Below are positions 36,501-46,007 of a stretch of DNA of 64,000 nucleotides, one piece after another. This DNA is from Candidatus Fimenecus sp. (GTDB taxonomy: Bacteria > Bacillota > Clostridia > Oscillospirales > Acutalibacteraceae). The notes beneath the pieces were generated by a model. That model ran no database searches, was not told the origin of the DNA, and was given only the letters and a program-made list of their open reading frames with translations. Within the stretch, counting starts at the first letter, position 1; each line of letters opens with the position of its first letter. The translations under genes and the position numbers were made by a program. The DNA lies in the NCBI GenBank assembly GCA_045545735.1, contig JAZQBM010000007.1, positions 112,295 to 176,294 on the forward strand. Direction: 5' to 3'.

Positions 36501-37108
36501 ATGTTTCCGCTATTGACGAATATAAAGAAGTATCTGAAAGATATGAATTTATGTCAGAACAGATTGGTGACGTTGAAAAATCAAAAGCAGAACTTATTAA
36601 ACTCATTGACGAACTTACAACAAATATGAGCGTTCAGTTCCGTGAACAGTTCCAAAAAATCAATGTTGCATTCTCTGAAACGTTTGCAGAGTTGTTTGGT
36701 GGCGGTAAAGCTGAACTTATTCTTGAAGATGAAATGAATGTTCTTGAATGTGATATTGAAATTAAAGTTCAACCACCGGGCAAAAATGTTCAGAATATTA
36801 ACCTGCTTTCAGGTGGTGAAAAGGGACTTTCAGCAATTGCACTTCTTTTTGCAATTCTTAAAGTTACACCTGCACCGTTCGTAATCTTCGACGAAGTTGA
36901 AGCAGCTCTTGACGACGTAAACGTTGTTCGTTATGCTCAGTATGTAAGAAGAATGACAAAGAATACACAGTTTATTCTTATTACACATCGTCGTGGTACA
37001 ATGGAAGAAGCTGATATGCTTTATGGTGTTACAATGCAAGAAGAGGGCGTATCAAAGATATTAGAACTTCAAACCGCCGAAATGGCGAGAAAACTCGGTC
37101 TCGCTTAA
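33539..37108 (+). CDS. smc: Chromosome segregation protein SMC
   Basis: 1189 aa. Walker A GPNGSGKSN, long coiled coils, hinge, signature LSGGEK, Walker B FVIFDEVEAALD. Confidence 0.95.
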   Translation: MILKSITMQGFKSCPDKTVLQFNKGITGVVGPNGSGKSNISDAVRWVLGEQSTKSLRGSKMEDVIFSGTKLRKATGFAEVTLCLDNSDRTLNCDKDEVNITRRFYRSGDSEYKINGDNVRLRDINELFMDTGLGRDGYSMVSQGKIAELISSKSGERREMFEEAAGISHFRYRRNDALKRLGQAEENLVRLRDILSELESRVGPLKTQSEKAQKFLVLAEERKNLEIGIWLHNIEKTQEKLKEQDRKIDIASVQYKDAQKQLEEIEQKMNDIIEKTHEINVKIEEVRSSTSHFEEQASELEAQAKVYENSIAHNNESIERLEKDKLTANADETDIDAQILETEEQKAKAQAGRDDANQKLEAQIGEIEKLQSENNEFATIAAELSKEISLLTVSLADNRVISETASSQIEEIKTRITAIDDILGNRRDAVLALEEKKNNAQKALQECNEKIDGYKNAVDGYRIKVQTRTEKSEKIKVEIASLDSEIERKNERIRVLDDLEKNMEGYQGSVRSVMKESKRGALRGVHGPLSQLITVKDKYSVAVETALGIAIQNVVVDNENDAKRAIAYLKETRGGRATFLPLTAIKSRSLDEKDLDDCFGFVSIASDLVTTDKKYKDIIENLLGKTVVCEDMDSAIAIAKKYKNRFKIVTLDGQVINAGGSMTGGSKAQGVGMLSRSNEIDKLRASVKDLEDKKNNLAIQEKMLAEDLASAVADLNGIEGDILSANEEKIRLEGEYKLAESEYETSSGGVKELIEEERILEERIEKINVDSITARETVEKLNSEIAEKEKSLEAVSGDRESLALVREELSQKAEQIRLEILGFEKDMQSADDNIRRLNILKGSHSNRLEELDAEIEAFKNKNIWLTKDIESLRASADELRKQCGNAKTDVDDLLEARAQLEKENTDLRNLEKEKSSERERVSGELARLEERKASMLNEYEEYNSKLYDEYQLTRREAIALEIVIENISDARTRLSALKNEIRGLGSVNVSAIDEYKEVSERYEFMSEQIGDVEKSKAELIKLIDELTTNMSVQFREQFQKINVAFSETFAELFGGGKAELILEDEMNVLECDIEIKVQPPGKNVQNINLLSGGEKGLSAIALLFAILKVTPAPFVIFDEVEAALDDVNVVRYAQYVRRMTKNTQFILITHRRGTMEEADMLYGVTMQEEGVSKILELQTAEMARKLGLA

Positions 37109-37195
37109 AATTACTCATCTTGCACTTTTTAAGCTACGACAAAATAATGTAGAGGCGATTGGAAAATCGTCAAAAACAGAAAAAGGAAAATCATT

Positions 37196-38347
37196 ATGGG
37201 AATTTTCAAAAAAATCAACTTTGGTCTTACAAAGACAAGAAATAAAATGGCAGGGGCTATTGATGATATGCTCGATAGTTTCGACGAGGTAACTGACGAC
37301 CTTTACACCGAACTTGAAGAAATTCTTGTTATGGGTGACGTTGGTGTTACAACAGCCGTTGAAATTACAGAAAGATTACGCGAAGAAGTTTCAAAGGGCA
37401 AAATCAAAGGTTCTGAAGCAATCCGTAAACAGATTAAAACAATTGTTGCCGAAATGCTGTACGGCGGTGAAGATATGGGACTTATTACAGTTCCGTCAAT
37501 CATTCTTGTAATTGGCGTAAACGGTGTTGGTAAAACAACAACAATCGGTAAAATGGCATCTATGTATAAGGCACAGGGCAAGAGCGTAATTCTTGGTGCG
37601 GCTGATACTTTCCGTGCTGCTGCAATTGACCAGTTGCAAATCTGGGCTGACCGTTCAGGTGTTGACATTGTTAAGCACAAAGAAGGTGCTGACCCTGCTG
37701 CAGTTGTGTTTGATACAATCAGTGCTGCAAAGGCAAGAGACAGTGAAATTATCATTATTGATACTGCCGGTCGACTTCACAATAAGAAAAATCTTATGGA
37801 CGAGCTTAATAAAATTTACAGAGTTATTGACCGTGAATTACCATACTCTGACCGTGAAGTTTTGTTAGTGCTTGACGCAACAACAGGTCAGAATGCAGTT
37901 AATCAAGCTCGTGAATTTAAGTCGGTTGCAGACATTACGGGTATCGTACTTACAAAACTTGACGGTACTGCTCGTGGTGGCGTTGTTTTGGCTATTAAGA
38001 ATGAACTTGGAATTCCCGTTAAGTTTATCGGCGTCGGTGAACAGATTGACGACTTACAACCATTTAAGCCCGAAGCATTTGCAGACGGATTGTTTGATAA
38101 GATAGATTACAAAGAAGAGGAGGACATTCAACTTGAAACTGTCGAAGAGATTGTGGAAGAATTCGAAGACGCTAATGAAAATCTTTTACAAGAAGAATAC
38201 ACCAATGAAAACGGTGGAGCAGTTGAAGAAACTCCCGAAACAGATGGTGAAAGATACGAACAGGAAGAAGAGGTAGAACCTCAGCCTGAACAGAAAGAAG
38301 AAAAGAAAAAGAGGGGTTTCTTTGGACTTTTTAATCGCAACTCATAA
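37196..38347 (+). CDS. ftsY: Signal recognition particle receptor FtsY with C-terminal acidic extension
   Basis: NG domain (GVNGVGKTTTIGK, DTAGR, TKLDGTARGG) followed by a tail of about 80 aa rich in Glu/Asp and ending KKKRGFFGLFNRNS. Confidence 0.9.
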   Translation: MGIFKKINFGLTKTRNKMAGAIDDMLDSFDEVTDDLYTELEEILVMGDVGVTTAVEITERLREEVSKGKIKGSEAIRKQIKTIVAEMLYGGEDMGLITVPSIILVIGVNGVGKTTTIGKMASMYKAQGKSVILGAADTFRAAAIDQLQIWADRSGVDIVKHKEGADPAAVVFDTISAAKARDSEIIIIDTAGRLHNKKNLMDELNKIYRVIDRELPYSDREVLLVLDATTGQNAVNQAREFKSVADITGIVLTKLDGTARGGVVLAIKNELGIPVKFIGVGEQIDDLQPFKPEAFADGLFDKIDYKEEEDIQLETVEEIVEEFEDANENLLQEEYTNENGGAVEETPETDGERYEQEEEVEPQPEQKEEKKKRGFFGLFNRNS

Positions 38348-38915
38348 TATGAAAAAACAGGCAGAATTACAAAGAATTCTTGCCCCATTAGGAATAAATG
38401 TACTTACTGCCGATATGGCAGGAATTAGCCTTTCAGATGTAGAAGAAACAGGTACTACATTTGAAGAAAATGCTTTCTTAAAGGCAGATAGTGGTTGTAA
38501 AGAAAGCGGAATGGTCTGTGTGGCAGACGATTCAGGACTTATGGTTGACTACCTTGACGGTGCACCCGGTGTTTATTCGGCCCGTTTCGGTGGTGAACAC
38601 GGCAACGATGCAAAGAATAATGAAAAACTTTTAAATCTTATGAAAGATGTTCCCGATAGTGAAAGAACTGCACGATTTGTAAGTTGTGTATGTTGTTGTT
38701 TCCCTGACGGCAGAAGTTTTACAGTCCGTGGCACTTGTGAGGGTGTAATCGCACACGAAGTGCACGGTAACGGCGGATTTGGTTACGACCCAGTATTCCT
38801 TGTAGGCGATAAAACATTTGGCGAACTTTCAGCAGAAGAAAAAGACAAAGTAAGCCACCGCGGAAATGCCCTCCGCAAATTTGTAGAAGAATTACCGAAA
38901 TATTTAGGAGAATAA
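38322..38915 (+). CDS. rdgB: Non-canonical purine NTP pyrophosphatase (RdgB/HAM1)
   Basis: FLIATHNMKKQAELQRIL, FGYDPVF, SHRGNA. The TTG start overlaps the ftsY 3' end by 26 nt. Confidence 0.85.
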   Translation: MDFLIATHNMKKQAELQRILAPLGINVLTADMAGISLSDVEETGTTFEENAFLKADSGCKESGMVCVADDSGLMVDYLDGAPGVYSARFGGEHGNDAKNNEKLLNLMKDVPDSERTARFVSCVCCCFPDGRSFTVRGTCEGVIAHEVHGNGGFGYDPVFLVGDKTFGELSAEEKDKVSHRGNALRKFVEELPKYLGE

Positions 38916-38918
38916 TAT

Positions 38919-39221
38919 ATGACAAGTAAAGAAAGAGCATATTGGAGAGGTCAGGCAAACGGACTTCCCGCATTATTTCAAGTTGGTAAGGGTGGAATTT
39001 CAGACGCTCTCATTAAGCAGACTGATGATGCACTTAAAGCACGTGAACTTATTAAAATCAAAGTGCTTTTAGAAACAAGCCCTGAAAAACCAAAAGAAAT
39101 TGCACAAAAACTTGCTGAAGCAACAAACAGCGATTGCGTTGGTGTAATCGGTGGCAGTATGATATTCTATCGTTATAATCCTGAACTTCACAAGGACGAA
39201 AAAAAGAAGGGTAGAAAATAA
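38919..39221 (+). CDS. yhbY: YhbY/CRM-domain ribosome-assembly RNA-binding protein
   Basis: LTSKERAYWRGQANGLPALFQVGKGGISDALIKQTDDALKARELIKIKV. Confidence 0.85.
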   Translation: MTSKERAYWRGQANGLPALFQVGKGGISDALIKQTDDALKARELIKIKVLLETSPEKPKEIAQKLAEATNSDCVGVIGGSMIFYRYNPELHKDEKKKGRK

Positions 39222-39850
39222 TGAAAATAGGTATTTTCGGCGGAACATTCAATCCACCCCACAAGGGACACATGAGAATGATTGATAAAATGACAGAGGA
39301 GTTAGAACTTGATAAAGTTCTTATTATTCCCAACAAACTTCCAACACATAAGCGTTGTGACGATTTGGCTGACAACCGTGACCGTCTTGCTATGTGTAAA
39401 ATCGCGTTCAAAAATCCAAAATACGAAATCAGTACAATGGAAATGGACAGAGAAACCGACAGCTACACAATTTACACCATTGAGGAATTGAAGAAAAAGT
39501 ACCCAAATGACGATTTGTATTTGATTATTGGGTCAGATATGTTTCTTATTTTCCACAAGTGGTACAGACATAAAGAAATTCTTGAAAATTGCACAATTTG
39601 TGTTGCTTCAAGAAATACTGATGAAAACATTCAGTCCCTTCGTGCTTACGCTTTCGAAAAATTGGGTGTGTATATGCCTAAACTTGACGGTAAGAATATA
39701 CATATCTCACTTCTTGATGCTTACGAGGTAAGTTCAAGCGAAATAAGAGAGCGAATTGCCGATGAACGTAGTCTTTACGGAATAGTTGACCCTGAAATCA
39801 TTGAATATATGGAGAGCCACAAATTATATGGATACGGAAAGAAACGCTGA
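39221..39850 (+). CDS. nadD: Nicotinate-nucleotide adenylyltransferase
   Basis: GIFGGTFNPPHKGH, ISSSEIR-like VSSSEIR. Confidence 0.9.
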   Translation: MKIGIFGGTFNPPHKGHMRMIDKMTEELELDKVLIIPNKLPTHKRCDDLADNRDRLAMCKIAFKNPKYEISTMEMDRETDSYTIYTIEELKKKYPNDDLYLIIGSDMFLIFHKWYRHKEILENCTICVASRNTDENIQSLRAYAFEKLGVYMPKLDGKNIHISLLDAYEVSSSEIRERIADERSLYGIVDPEIIEYMESHKLYGYGKKR

Positions 39851-40403
39851 ATTTCTTGAAATACTAAAAACCCGTTTAACTCCGCAAAGACTGTATCACT
39901 CAATCTGTGTTGCCGAGCAAGCAAAACATCTGGCAGAAAAATTTGGCGGAGATGCTGACAAAGCGTACACCGCAGGTTTAATTCACGATATTATGCGATA
40001 TGAACCGCTTGACCAAATGCTTGAACTTATTGAAAATGACGGGCAAACTCTTACAGAAAGTGAAAAAAACATTACAGTTACTCTCCACGCCATAGCAGGT
40101 GAAGTTTTTCTTCGTAAAGAATTGAATGTAACTGATAGTGAAATTCTTTCAGCGGTGCGTTGGCACACAACAGGCAAAGAAGATATGTCACTTCTTGAAA
40201 AGATTATCTATGTTGCAGATTTGACATCAGAAGACCGTGAATACCCTGATATTCTTGAAGTACGGGCTATGGCAGAAGAAAGTCTTGATAAAACTTGTCT
40301 TCGCGGACTATCTTTTACAATTGAAGACAATGCAAAAAAATGCAGACCTATCCACATTGATACAGTTAAAGCGTACAATTATCTTGCAGAAAGGATAAAA
40401 TAA
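39828..40403 (+). CDS. yqeK: HD-domain protein YqeK (bis(5'-nucleosyl)-tetraphosphatase family)
   Basis: RLYHSICVAEQA...GLIHDI...HAIAG...WHTTG. ATG 39828 preferred. Synteny nadD-yqeK-rsfS. Confidence 0.85.
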   Translation: MDTERNAEFLEILKTRLTPQRLYHSICVAEQAKHLAEKFGGDADKAYTAGLIHDIMRYEPLDQMLELIENDGQTLTESEKNITVTLHAIAGEVFLRKELNVTDSEILSAVRWHTTGKEDMSLLEKIIYVADLTSEDREYPDILEVRAMAEESLDKTCLRGLSFTIEDNAKKCRPIHIDTVKAYNYLAERIK

Positions 40404-40750
40404 TGGACAGAACAGAACTTATGAAAAATATAGTTGCAACTCTTGACAACAAGAAAGCAACTAATATAAAATCACTTGAAATTACAGAACTTACTTCGGT
40501 TGCTGATTATTTCGTAATCGCAACGGGTACTTCAGGCACACATATCCGTGCGTTGTCTGACGAAGTTCAGGATACTCTCACAAAACAAGGCGTTGAGCCA
40601 AGAAATATAGAGGGTAAATCAACAGGTTGGATTTTGCTTGATTACGGCACAGTAGTTGTTCACCTTTTCACACCCGACCAACGCGAAACATACAGTCTAG
40701 AGCATCTTTGGGCAGATGCAAAAGAATACGAGTTGCATCTTGACGAGTAA
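40403..40750 (+). CDS. rsfS: Ribosomal silencing factor RsfS (iojap)
   Basis: ADYFVIATGTSGTHIRALSDEV...GWILLDYGTVVVHLF..ETYSLEHLW. Confidence 0.9.
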   Translation: MDRTELMKNIVATLDNKKATNIKSLEITELTSVADYFVIATGTSGTHIRALSDEVQDTLTKQGVEPRNIEGKSTGWILLDYGTVVVHLFTPDQRETYSLEHLWADAKEYELHLDE

Positions 40751-40919
40751 ATTTTCGCCATTCCGTTCCAAAATCCTCGTTAATACACAAAGTATTGCCT
40801 GCGGTTTTGAAACAAAATGGCATAAAATTTCTTTCGTCAATCTGCGTTTTCTAAGCTAGTGTTTAGAAAAATTGTATAATATTAAATTGGAAAAAATATC
40901 TTTAAAGAAGGTTATATAT

Positions 40920-43328
40920 ATGAATTACGATTTTAAAGCCACCGAACAAAAATGGCAACAGAAGTGGGAAAAAGCAAAAGTTTTTGAGGCTCAAGATAAT
41001 TCCGAAAAGCCTAAATTCTACGGACTTGTTGAATTCCCATATCCATCAGGTGCAGGTATGCACGTTGGTCACATTAAGGCTTACAGCGGTCTTGAAGTAG
41101 TATCAAGAAAACGCAGACTTCAAGGCTACAATGTGCTTTTCCCAATCGGTTTTGATGCATACGGTCTTCCAACTGAAAACTATGCAATCAAAACAGGTAT
41201 TCACCCAAGAAAAGTTACTGATATGAACATTGAAAAATTCACAAGTCAGTTAAAACGCGTTGGTTTCTCATTCGACTATTCAAGAGTAGTTGATACAACT
41301 GACGATAAATACTATAAATGGACACAGTGGATTTTCCTTAAAATGTTTGAAAACGGACTTGCATTCCGTGATAAAACTCTCGTTAACTACTGCCCATCTT
41401 GTAAAGTTGTTCTTTCAAATGAAGACTCACAAGGCGGTAAGTGTGACATTTGTCACAGCGACGTTGTTCAGAAGTCAAAAGACGTTTGGTATTTAAGAAT
41501 TACAGAGTATGCTGATAAACTTCTTGAAGGATTAAACGATGTTGATTATCTTCCAAATATCAAACTTCAGCAGGTTAACTGGATTGGTAAGTCACGCGGT
41601 GCATTCGTAAACTTTAACCTTAATGAAATACCTGAAGAATTGAAGATTTACACAACTCGTCCTGACACTCTTTTCGGCGTAACATTTATGGTTATGGCAC
41701 CTGAGCATCCAATCATTGATAAGTACGCTGATAAGATTTCAAATATGGATGAAATTCTTGCATACAGAACAGAATGTGCAAAGAAAACAGAGTTTGAACG
41801 TACACAACTTGTTAAAGATAAGACTGGTGTTAAAATTGCAGGCATTACTGCTAAAAACCCGGTAAACGGGAAAAATATTCCAATTTACATATCTGACTAT
41901 GTTATGATGGGCTATGGTACAGGTGCTATTATGGCTGTGCCTGCACACGACGACCGTGACTATGACTTTGCAAAGAAATTCGGTATTGATATTATCGAAG
42001 TTATCAAAGGTGGCAATATTGACGAAGCTGCATATGCAGGCGACGGCGAAATGGTTAACTCTGATTTCCTTAATGGTGTTGATAACAAGAAAGAATCAAT
42101 TGCAAAAATGATTGATTTCTTACAGGAAAAAGGTATCGGTGAGGGTGGCGTTCAGTATAAGATGAAAGACTGGGCGTTTAACCGTCAGCGTTATTGGGGC
42201 GAGCCGATTCCGATTGTTCATTGTGACAAGTGCGGTATGGTTGCTGTGCCTTACGAAGAACTTCCATTAAGACTTCCTGAAGTTGAAAACTTTGAACCGG
42301 GTACAGATGGTGAAAGCCCTCTTGCAAAAATTGAAAGTTATGTAAATTGCAAGTGTCCAAAATGTGGCGGAGATGCAAAGCGTGAAACCGATACAATGCC
42401 ACAGTGGGCAGGTTCATCATGGTATTTCTTAAGATATATCGACCCACATAATGATAAAGCTCTTGCAGATATGGATAAGCTTAATTATTGGATGCCTGTT
42501 GACTGGTATAACGGTGGTATGGAACACGTTACACGTCATCTTATCTACTCTCGTTTCTGGCATAAGTTCCTTTATGACATTGGTGCAGTACCTTGTGCAG
42601 AGCCATATGCAAAGAGAACTGCTCAAGGACTTATCCTTGGACCTGATGGTGTAAAAATGAGTAAATCACGCGGTAACGTTATTGACCCTAACGAAGTTGT
42701 TGACGTGTTTGGTGCTGACGTTCTTCGTACTTATGTACTCTTTATGGGCGACTATGAGCAGGCTGCTCCTTGGTCAGAAAGTTCAGTTAAGGGTTGTAAG
42801 AGATTTATCGATAGAATTTGGAATTTACAGGAAATCCTTGTAGATGGCAACGAATTTTCAAAAGAACTCTCATCTTCTTTCCACAAGACAATCAAGAAAG
42901 TTACAGAAGATATTGAAACTCTTAAATACAATACTGCAATTGCAGCACTTATGACACTTCTTAATGCGATTTATACAAAGGGTGCAATTAATAAAGCAGA
43001 ACTTAAAGCACTTCTTCTCCTTGTTAACCCATTTGCTCCTCACGTTACAGAAGAAATGTGGGAAGTTTGCGGCTACGGTAAAATGATGGCTCAAGACGGT
43101 GAATGGCCAACATATGACGAAGCAAAGTGTATTGATGAAACAATTGAGATTGTTGTTCAGATTAACGGTAAAATCCGTGCAAAGCTCAATGTGCCTGCTG
43201 AAATCGAACAGGCAGATGCTATAGCACTCGCAAAAGCAGATGAAAAAGTTGCAGCAGAACTTGACGGCAAGAATATTATTAAAGAAATTTACGTTAAGGG
43301 CAAGCTTGTAAATATCGTTGCAAAATAA
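40920..43328 (+). CDS. leuS: Leucine--tRNA ligase
   Basis: HVGH (HIGH) motif, KMSKS motif VKMSKSRGN. ATG 40920 gives MNYDFKATEQKWQQKWE. Confidence 0.95.
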   Translation: MNYDFKATEQKWQQKWEKAKVFEAQDNSEKPKFYGLVEFPYPSGAGMHVGHIKAYSGLEVVSRKRRLQGYNVLFPIGFDAYGLPTENYAIKTGIHPRKVTDMNIEKFTSQLKRVGFSFDYSRVVDTTDDKYYKWTQWIFLKMFENGLAFRDKTLVNYCPSCKVVLSNEDSQGGKCDICHSDVVQKSKDVWYLRITEYADKLLEGLNDVDYLPNIKLQQVNWIGKSRGAFVNFNLNEIPEELKIYTTRPDTLFGVTFMVMAPEHPIIDKYADKISNMDEILAYRTECAKKTEFERTQLVKDKTGVKIAGITAKNPVNGKNIPIYISDYVMMGYGTGAIMAVPAHDDRDYDFAKKFGIDIIEVIKGGNIDEAAYAGDGEMVNSDFLNGVDNKKESIAKMIDFLQEKGIGEGGVQYKMKDWAFNRQRYWGEPIPIVHCDKCGMVAVPYEELPLRLPEVENFEPGTDGESPLAKIESYVNCKCPKCGGDAKRETDTMPQWAGSSWYFLRYIDPHNDKALADMDKLNYWMPVDWYNGGMEHVTRHLIYSRFWHKFLYDIGAVPCAEPYAKRTAQGLILGPDGVKMSKSRGNVIDPNEVVDVFGADVLRTYVLFMGDYEQAAPWSESSVKGCKRFIDRIWNLQEILVDGNEFSKELSSSFHKTIKKVTEDIETLKYNTAIAALMTLLNAIYTKGAINKAELKALLLLVNPFAPHVTEEMWEVCGYGKMMAQDGEWPTYDEAKCIDETIEIVVQINGKIRAKLNVPAEIEQADAIALAKADEKVAAELDGKNIIKEIYVKGKLVNIVAK

Positions 43329-43339
43329 ATAAAACTAAC

Positions 43340-43371
43340 GGCGGTGGAGGAACTCCTCTACCGCCATTTTT
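43340..43371 (+). terminator. Rho-independent terminator
   Basis: ggcggtggagg-aact-cctctaccgcc plus attttt. Confidence 0.85.
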
Positions 43372-43383
43372 CAAGGTGTAATT

Positions 43384-44190
43384 ATGTTTATTTGTCCAAT
43401 TTGCAAATTACAACTGAATAAAGAAGAAAAGTGTTATCGCTGTGAGAATAATCATTCATTTGATATTGCAAAACAAGGGTATGTGAATTTGTTGCCTGTA
43501 AATAAAAAGCATTCCGATAACCCCGGTGACTCAAAAGATATGGTTTTGTCCCGTCGCACATTTCTCGAAAGCGGAAATTATGACTGCTTTGCAGAAAAGT
43601 TGGTTGAAATAATTGGCGAAATTTTTGCAAATAGTCAAAAAATATCTATAGTTGATTGCGGATGCGGTGAGGGTTATTATGACGGCTTGTTTGAAAAGTT
43701 AAAAATTAACTACGAATTATTTGGGTTCGATATTTCCAAAGAAGCAGTCCGTTTTGCATCGTCAAAATACAAAAATGGTAATTTTGCAGTAGGTAGTTGT
43801 TTTAATATGCCCGTCGCAAGTGATTGTTTTGACCTTGCAATCAACATTTTTGCACCTATGGTAGAAAGCGAAACCGCAAGAGTGCTAAAAAAAGGCGGTT
43901 ATTTAATATACGCTGTACCCGGTAAAAATCATTTGATGGGTTTAAAAGAACTTCTTTACGAAAAAACATATAAAAATGAAGAAAAACATACAGAATATGA
44001 TGGCTTTGAATTCGTTGGTAGGCATACGGTAAAGAATGAAATTACTCTTGATGGTGAAATGGGTGTAAATCTTTTCAAAATGACACCGTATTATTTCAAA
44101 ACTGAATTAGGTGCAGAAGAAAAAATCCGTAAAAACGGCGGATTTACAACGGAAATTCATTTTGACTTTCTTGTTTACAGAAAGCAGTAA
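43384..44190 (+). CDS. rlmA: 23S rRNA (guanine-N1)-methyltransferase RlmA family
   Basis: Zn-ribbon CPICKLQL...YRCENNHSFDIAKQGYVNLLP, SAM motif VDCGCGEGYY. Confidence 0.8.
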   Translation: MFICPICKLQLNKEEKCYRCENNHSFDIAKQGYVNLLPVNKKHSDNPGDSKDMVLSRRTFLESGNYDCFAEKLVEIIGEIFANSQKISIVDCGCGEGYYDGLFEKLKINYELFGFDISKEAVRFASSKYKNGNFAVGSCFNMPVASDCFDLAINIFAPMVESETARVLKKGGYLIYAVPGKNHLMGLKELLYEKTYKNEEKHTEYDGFEFVGRHTVKNEITLDGEMGVNLFKMTPYYFKTELGAEEKIRKNGGFTTEIHFDFLVYRKQ

Positions 44191-44232
44191 TATATGCTAA
44201 AATAAAATGATAAAAACTTTCGGGGTGATATT

Positions 44233-44841
44233 ATGAAAATCATTGATATTTCCAAAGATGTTATGACTTGTGCGGTGTACCCCGGTGACCCGTCACCAAG
44301 TCTTGAAAAAGTGAAAACTATTGACGATGATTGTGCGTTCAATTTGAGTAAAATCAATATGTGTCTTCATAACGGAACACATATGGACGCACCATTACAT
44401 TTTTTGCCGAATGGTAGTGATATAACCGAATTTGACCCCGAGATTTTCTTTGGGCCTTGCGTTGTTGTTGAGGTAGCAGAAGAATTTATAACAGGTGCGT
44501 TTGTTGAAGAATATTTCCCGAGAAATGCAAAAAGAATACTTATAAAAAGTCACGGTAAAGCAGTATTACACGAATCTGCAGCATCAGAACTCTCGCATAT
44601 GGGTTACGTGCTTGTTGGTACAGACTCTATGACAGTTGAGCCTGAGGGTAGTGATGGCAGAACTCACCGTATGTTTATGGTTGACAATATTGCACTTCTT
44701 GAAAATCTTGATTTAGAGAATGTGGAGACAGGTGACTATTTTCTTGCGGCAGCACCGATTAAAATTAGTGGTGCAGAGGCTGCTCCCGTAAGAGCTTTGT
44801 TGGTGTCTGACTATATCTTCTGGAGCGGAGACAACAAATAA
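44233..44841 (+). CDS. Cyclase-family protein (kynurenine formamidase-like)
   Basis: HNGTHMDAPLHF motif. Confidence 0.7.
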   Translation: MKIIDISKDVMTCAVYPGDPSPSLEKVKTIDDDCAFNLSKINMCLHNGTHMDAPLHFLPNGSDITEFDPEIFFGPCVVVEVAEEFITGAFVEEYFPRNAKRILIKSHGKAVLHESAASELSHMGYVLVGTDSMTVEPEGSDGRTHRMFMVDNIALLENLDLENVETGDYFLAAAPIKISGAEAAPVRALLVSDYIFWSGDNK

Positions 44842-44883
44842 GTTAAAATTTAACTAAAGCACAAATTAAAAGGGGAAAATGGA

Positions 44884-45432
44884 ATGGTTAAAAAATTACT
44901 AAGCCTGTTTTTGACCTTTGCAAAGATAGGTAGTATAACCTTTGGTGGCGGACTTACAATGTTACCGTTACTTACAAGAGAAATAGTCCAGAAGAAAAAA
45001 TGGGCAACTGAAGAAGAACTTTTAGACTACTACGCAGTTGGTCAATGCACACCGGGTATTATTGCGGTTAATACTGCTACTTTTATTGGTTATTATCAAG
45101 CGGGAGTGCTCGGCGGGATTTTCGCAACACTTGGAATGGTTGCACCATCAATTGTAATTATTACAATCATAGCATCAGTTTTGCAGAGCTTTATGGATTA
45201 CCCAATCGTTGCATCTGCACTTACGGGAATTAACGCAATTGTTTGTGCACTTCTTTCACATACAGTAATCACACTTGGTAAAAAAAGCCTTGTAAACGTT
45301 ATGTCAGTTGTGCTTTTTATAATTGGCTTGATTGCGTGCTTTGTGCTTGATATTACACCGATTTTGCTTGTGATTTTTGGTGGAGTTGTGGGTGTTGTTT
45401 ATAGTAAAATCAAGGAGGTAAAAGCAAAATGA
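44884..45432 (+). CDS. Chromate-transporter (CHR) family short-chain subunit 1
   Basis: FLTFAKIGSITFGGGLTMLPLL, polytopic, paired with a homologous half. Confidence 0.8.
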   Translation: MVKKLLSLFLTFAKIGSITFGGGLTMLPLLTREIVQKKKWATEEELLDYYAVGQCTPGIIAVNTATFIGYYQAGVLGGIFATLGMVAPSIVIITIIASVLQSFMDYPIVASALTGINAIVCALLSHTVITLGKKSLVNVMSVVLFIIGLIACFVLDITPILLVIFGGVVGVVYSKIKEVKAK

Positions 45433-45998
45433 CCTTCTTGAAATTGTTTTATGAATTTTTCAAAATCGGACTTTTCGCCGTTGGTGGCGGACCTGCTACA
45501 ATTCCATTTTTACAGGACTTGGCAAGAAGTGATTATGGCTGGTTTAACGAAGACCAATTAGGCGTAATGGTAGCCGTTGCAGAAAGCACACCCGGTCCAA
45601 TTGGCGTAAATATGGCAACTTACGCAGGCTATAATGCAGGTTTTGGTGAGTTCGGTACTTTAGGTGGAATTTTAGGTGGTATGGTTGCTACTTTAGGACT
45701 TGTAACACCATCAATTATTGTAATTGTTTTAGTTGCAGGTTTCTTAAAAGCATTCAAAGAAAATCAATATGTGAAAGGTGCTTTTTCGGGTATTCGCCCT
45801 GTAGTTACGGCTCTTGTTTTGTTTGCCGTTTTTGGAATTATCAAACCAATTTTCTATGTAAATGGTGAATTCGTACTTCCAGTAATCGCGATTTCCGTTG
45901 CAGTTTTCGCACTTATGTTTATTAAAAAACTTAAAAAATTACACCCTGCATTCTGGTTAGTCCTTGGGGCTGTGGCAGGTATTTTGTTAAAGTTATAA
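45429..45998 (+). CDS. Chromate-transporter (CHR) family short-chain subunit 2
   Basis: FFKIGLFAVGGGPATIPFL. Overlapping start/stop with subunit 1. Confidence 0.8.
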   Translation: MTFLKLFYEFFKIGLFAVGGGPATIPFLQDLARSDYGWFNEDQLGVMVAVAESTPGPIGVNMATYAGYNAGFGEFGTLGGILGGMVATLGLVTPSIIVIVLVAGFLKAFKENQYVKGAFSGIRPVVTALVLFAVFGIIKPIFYVNGEFVLPVIAISVAVFALMFIKKLKKLHPAFWLVLGAVAGILLKL

Positions 45999-46007
45999 GG
46001 TGTTTGT

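Noticed and set aside
40751-40919. Possible T-box leader upstream of leuS.
   Set aside because: The region is only about 170 nt. I found no T-box consensus (..GGTGG/TACCGCG-type sequence) and no specifier-loop architecture. It holds only an imperfect long hairpin (about 40756-40821), a small hairpin, and a TGTATAAT -10-like element.
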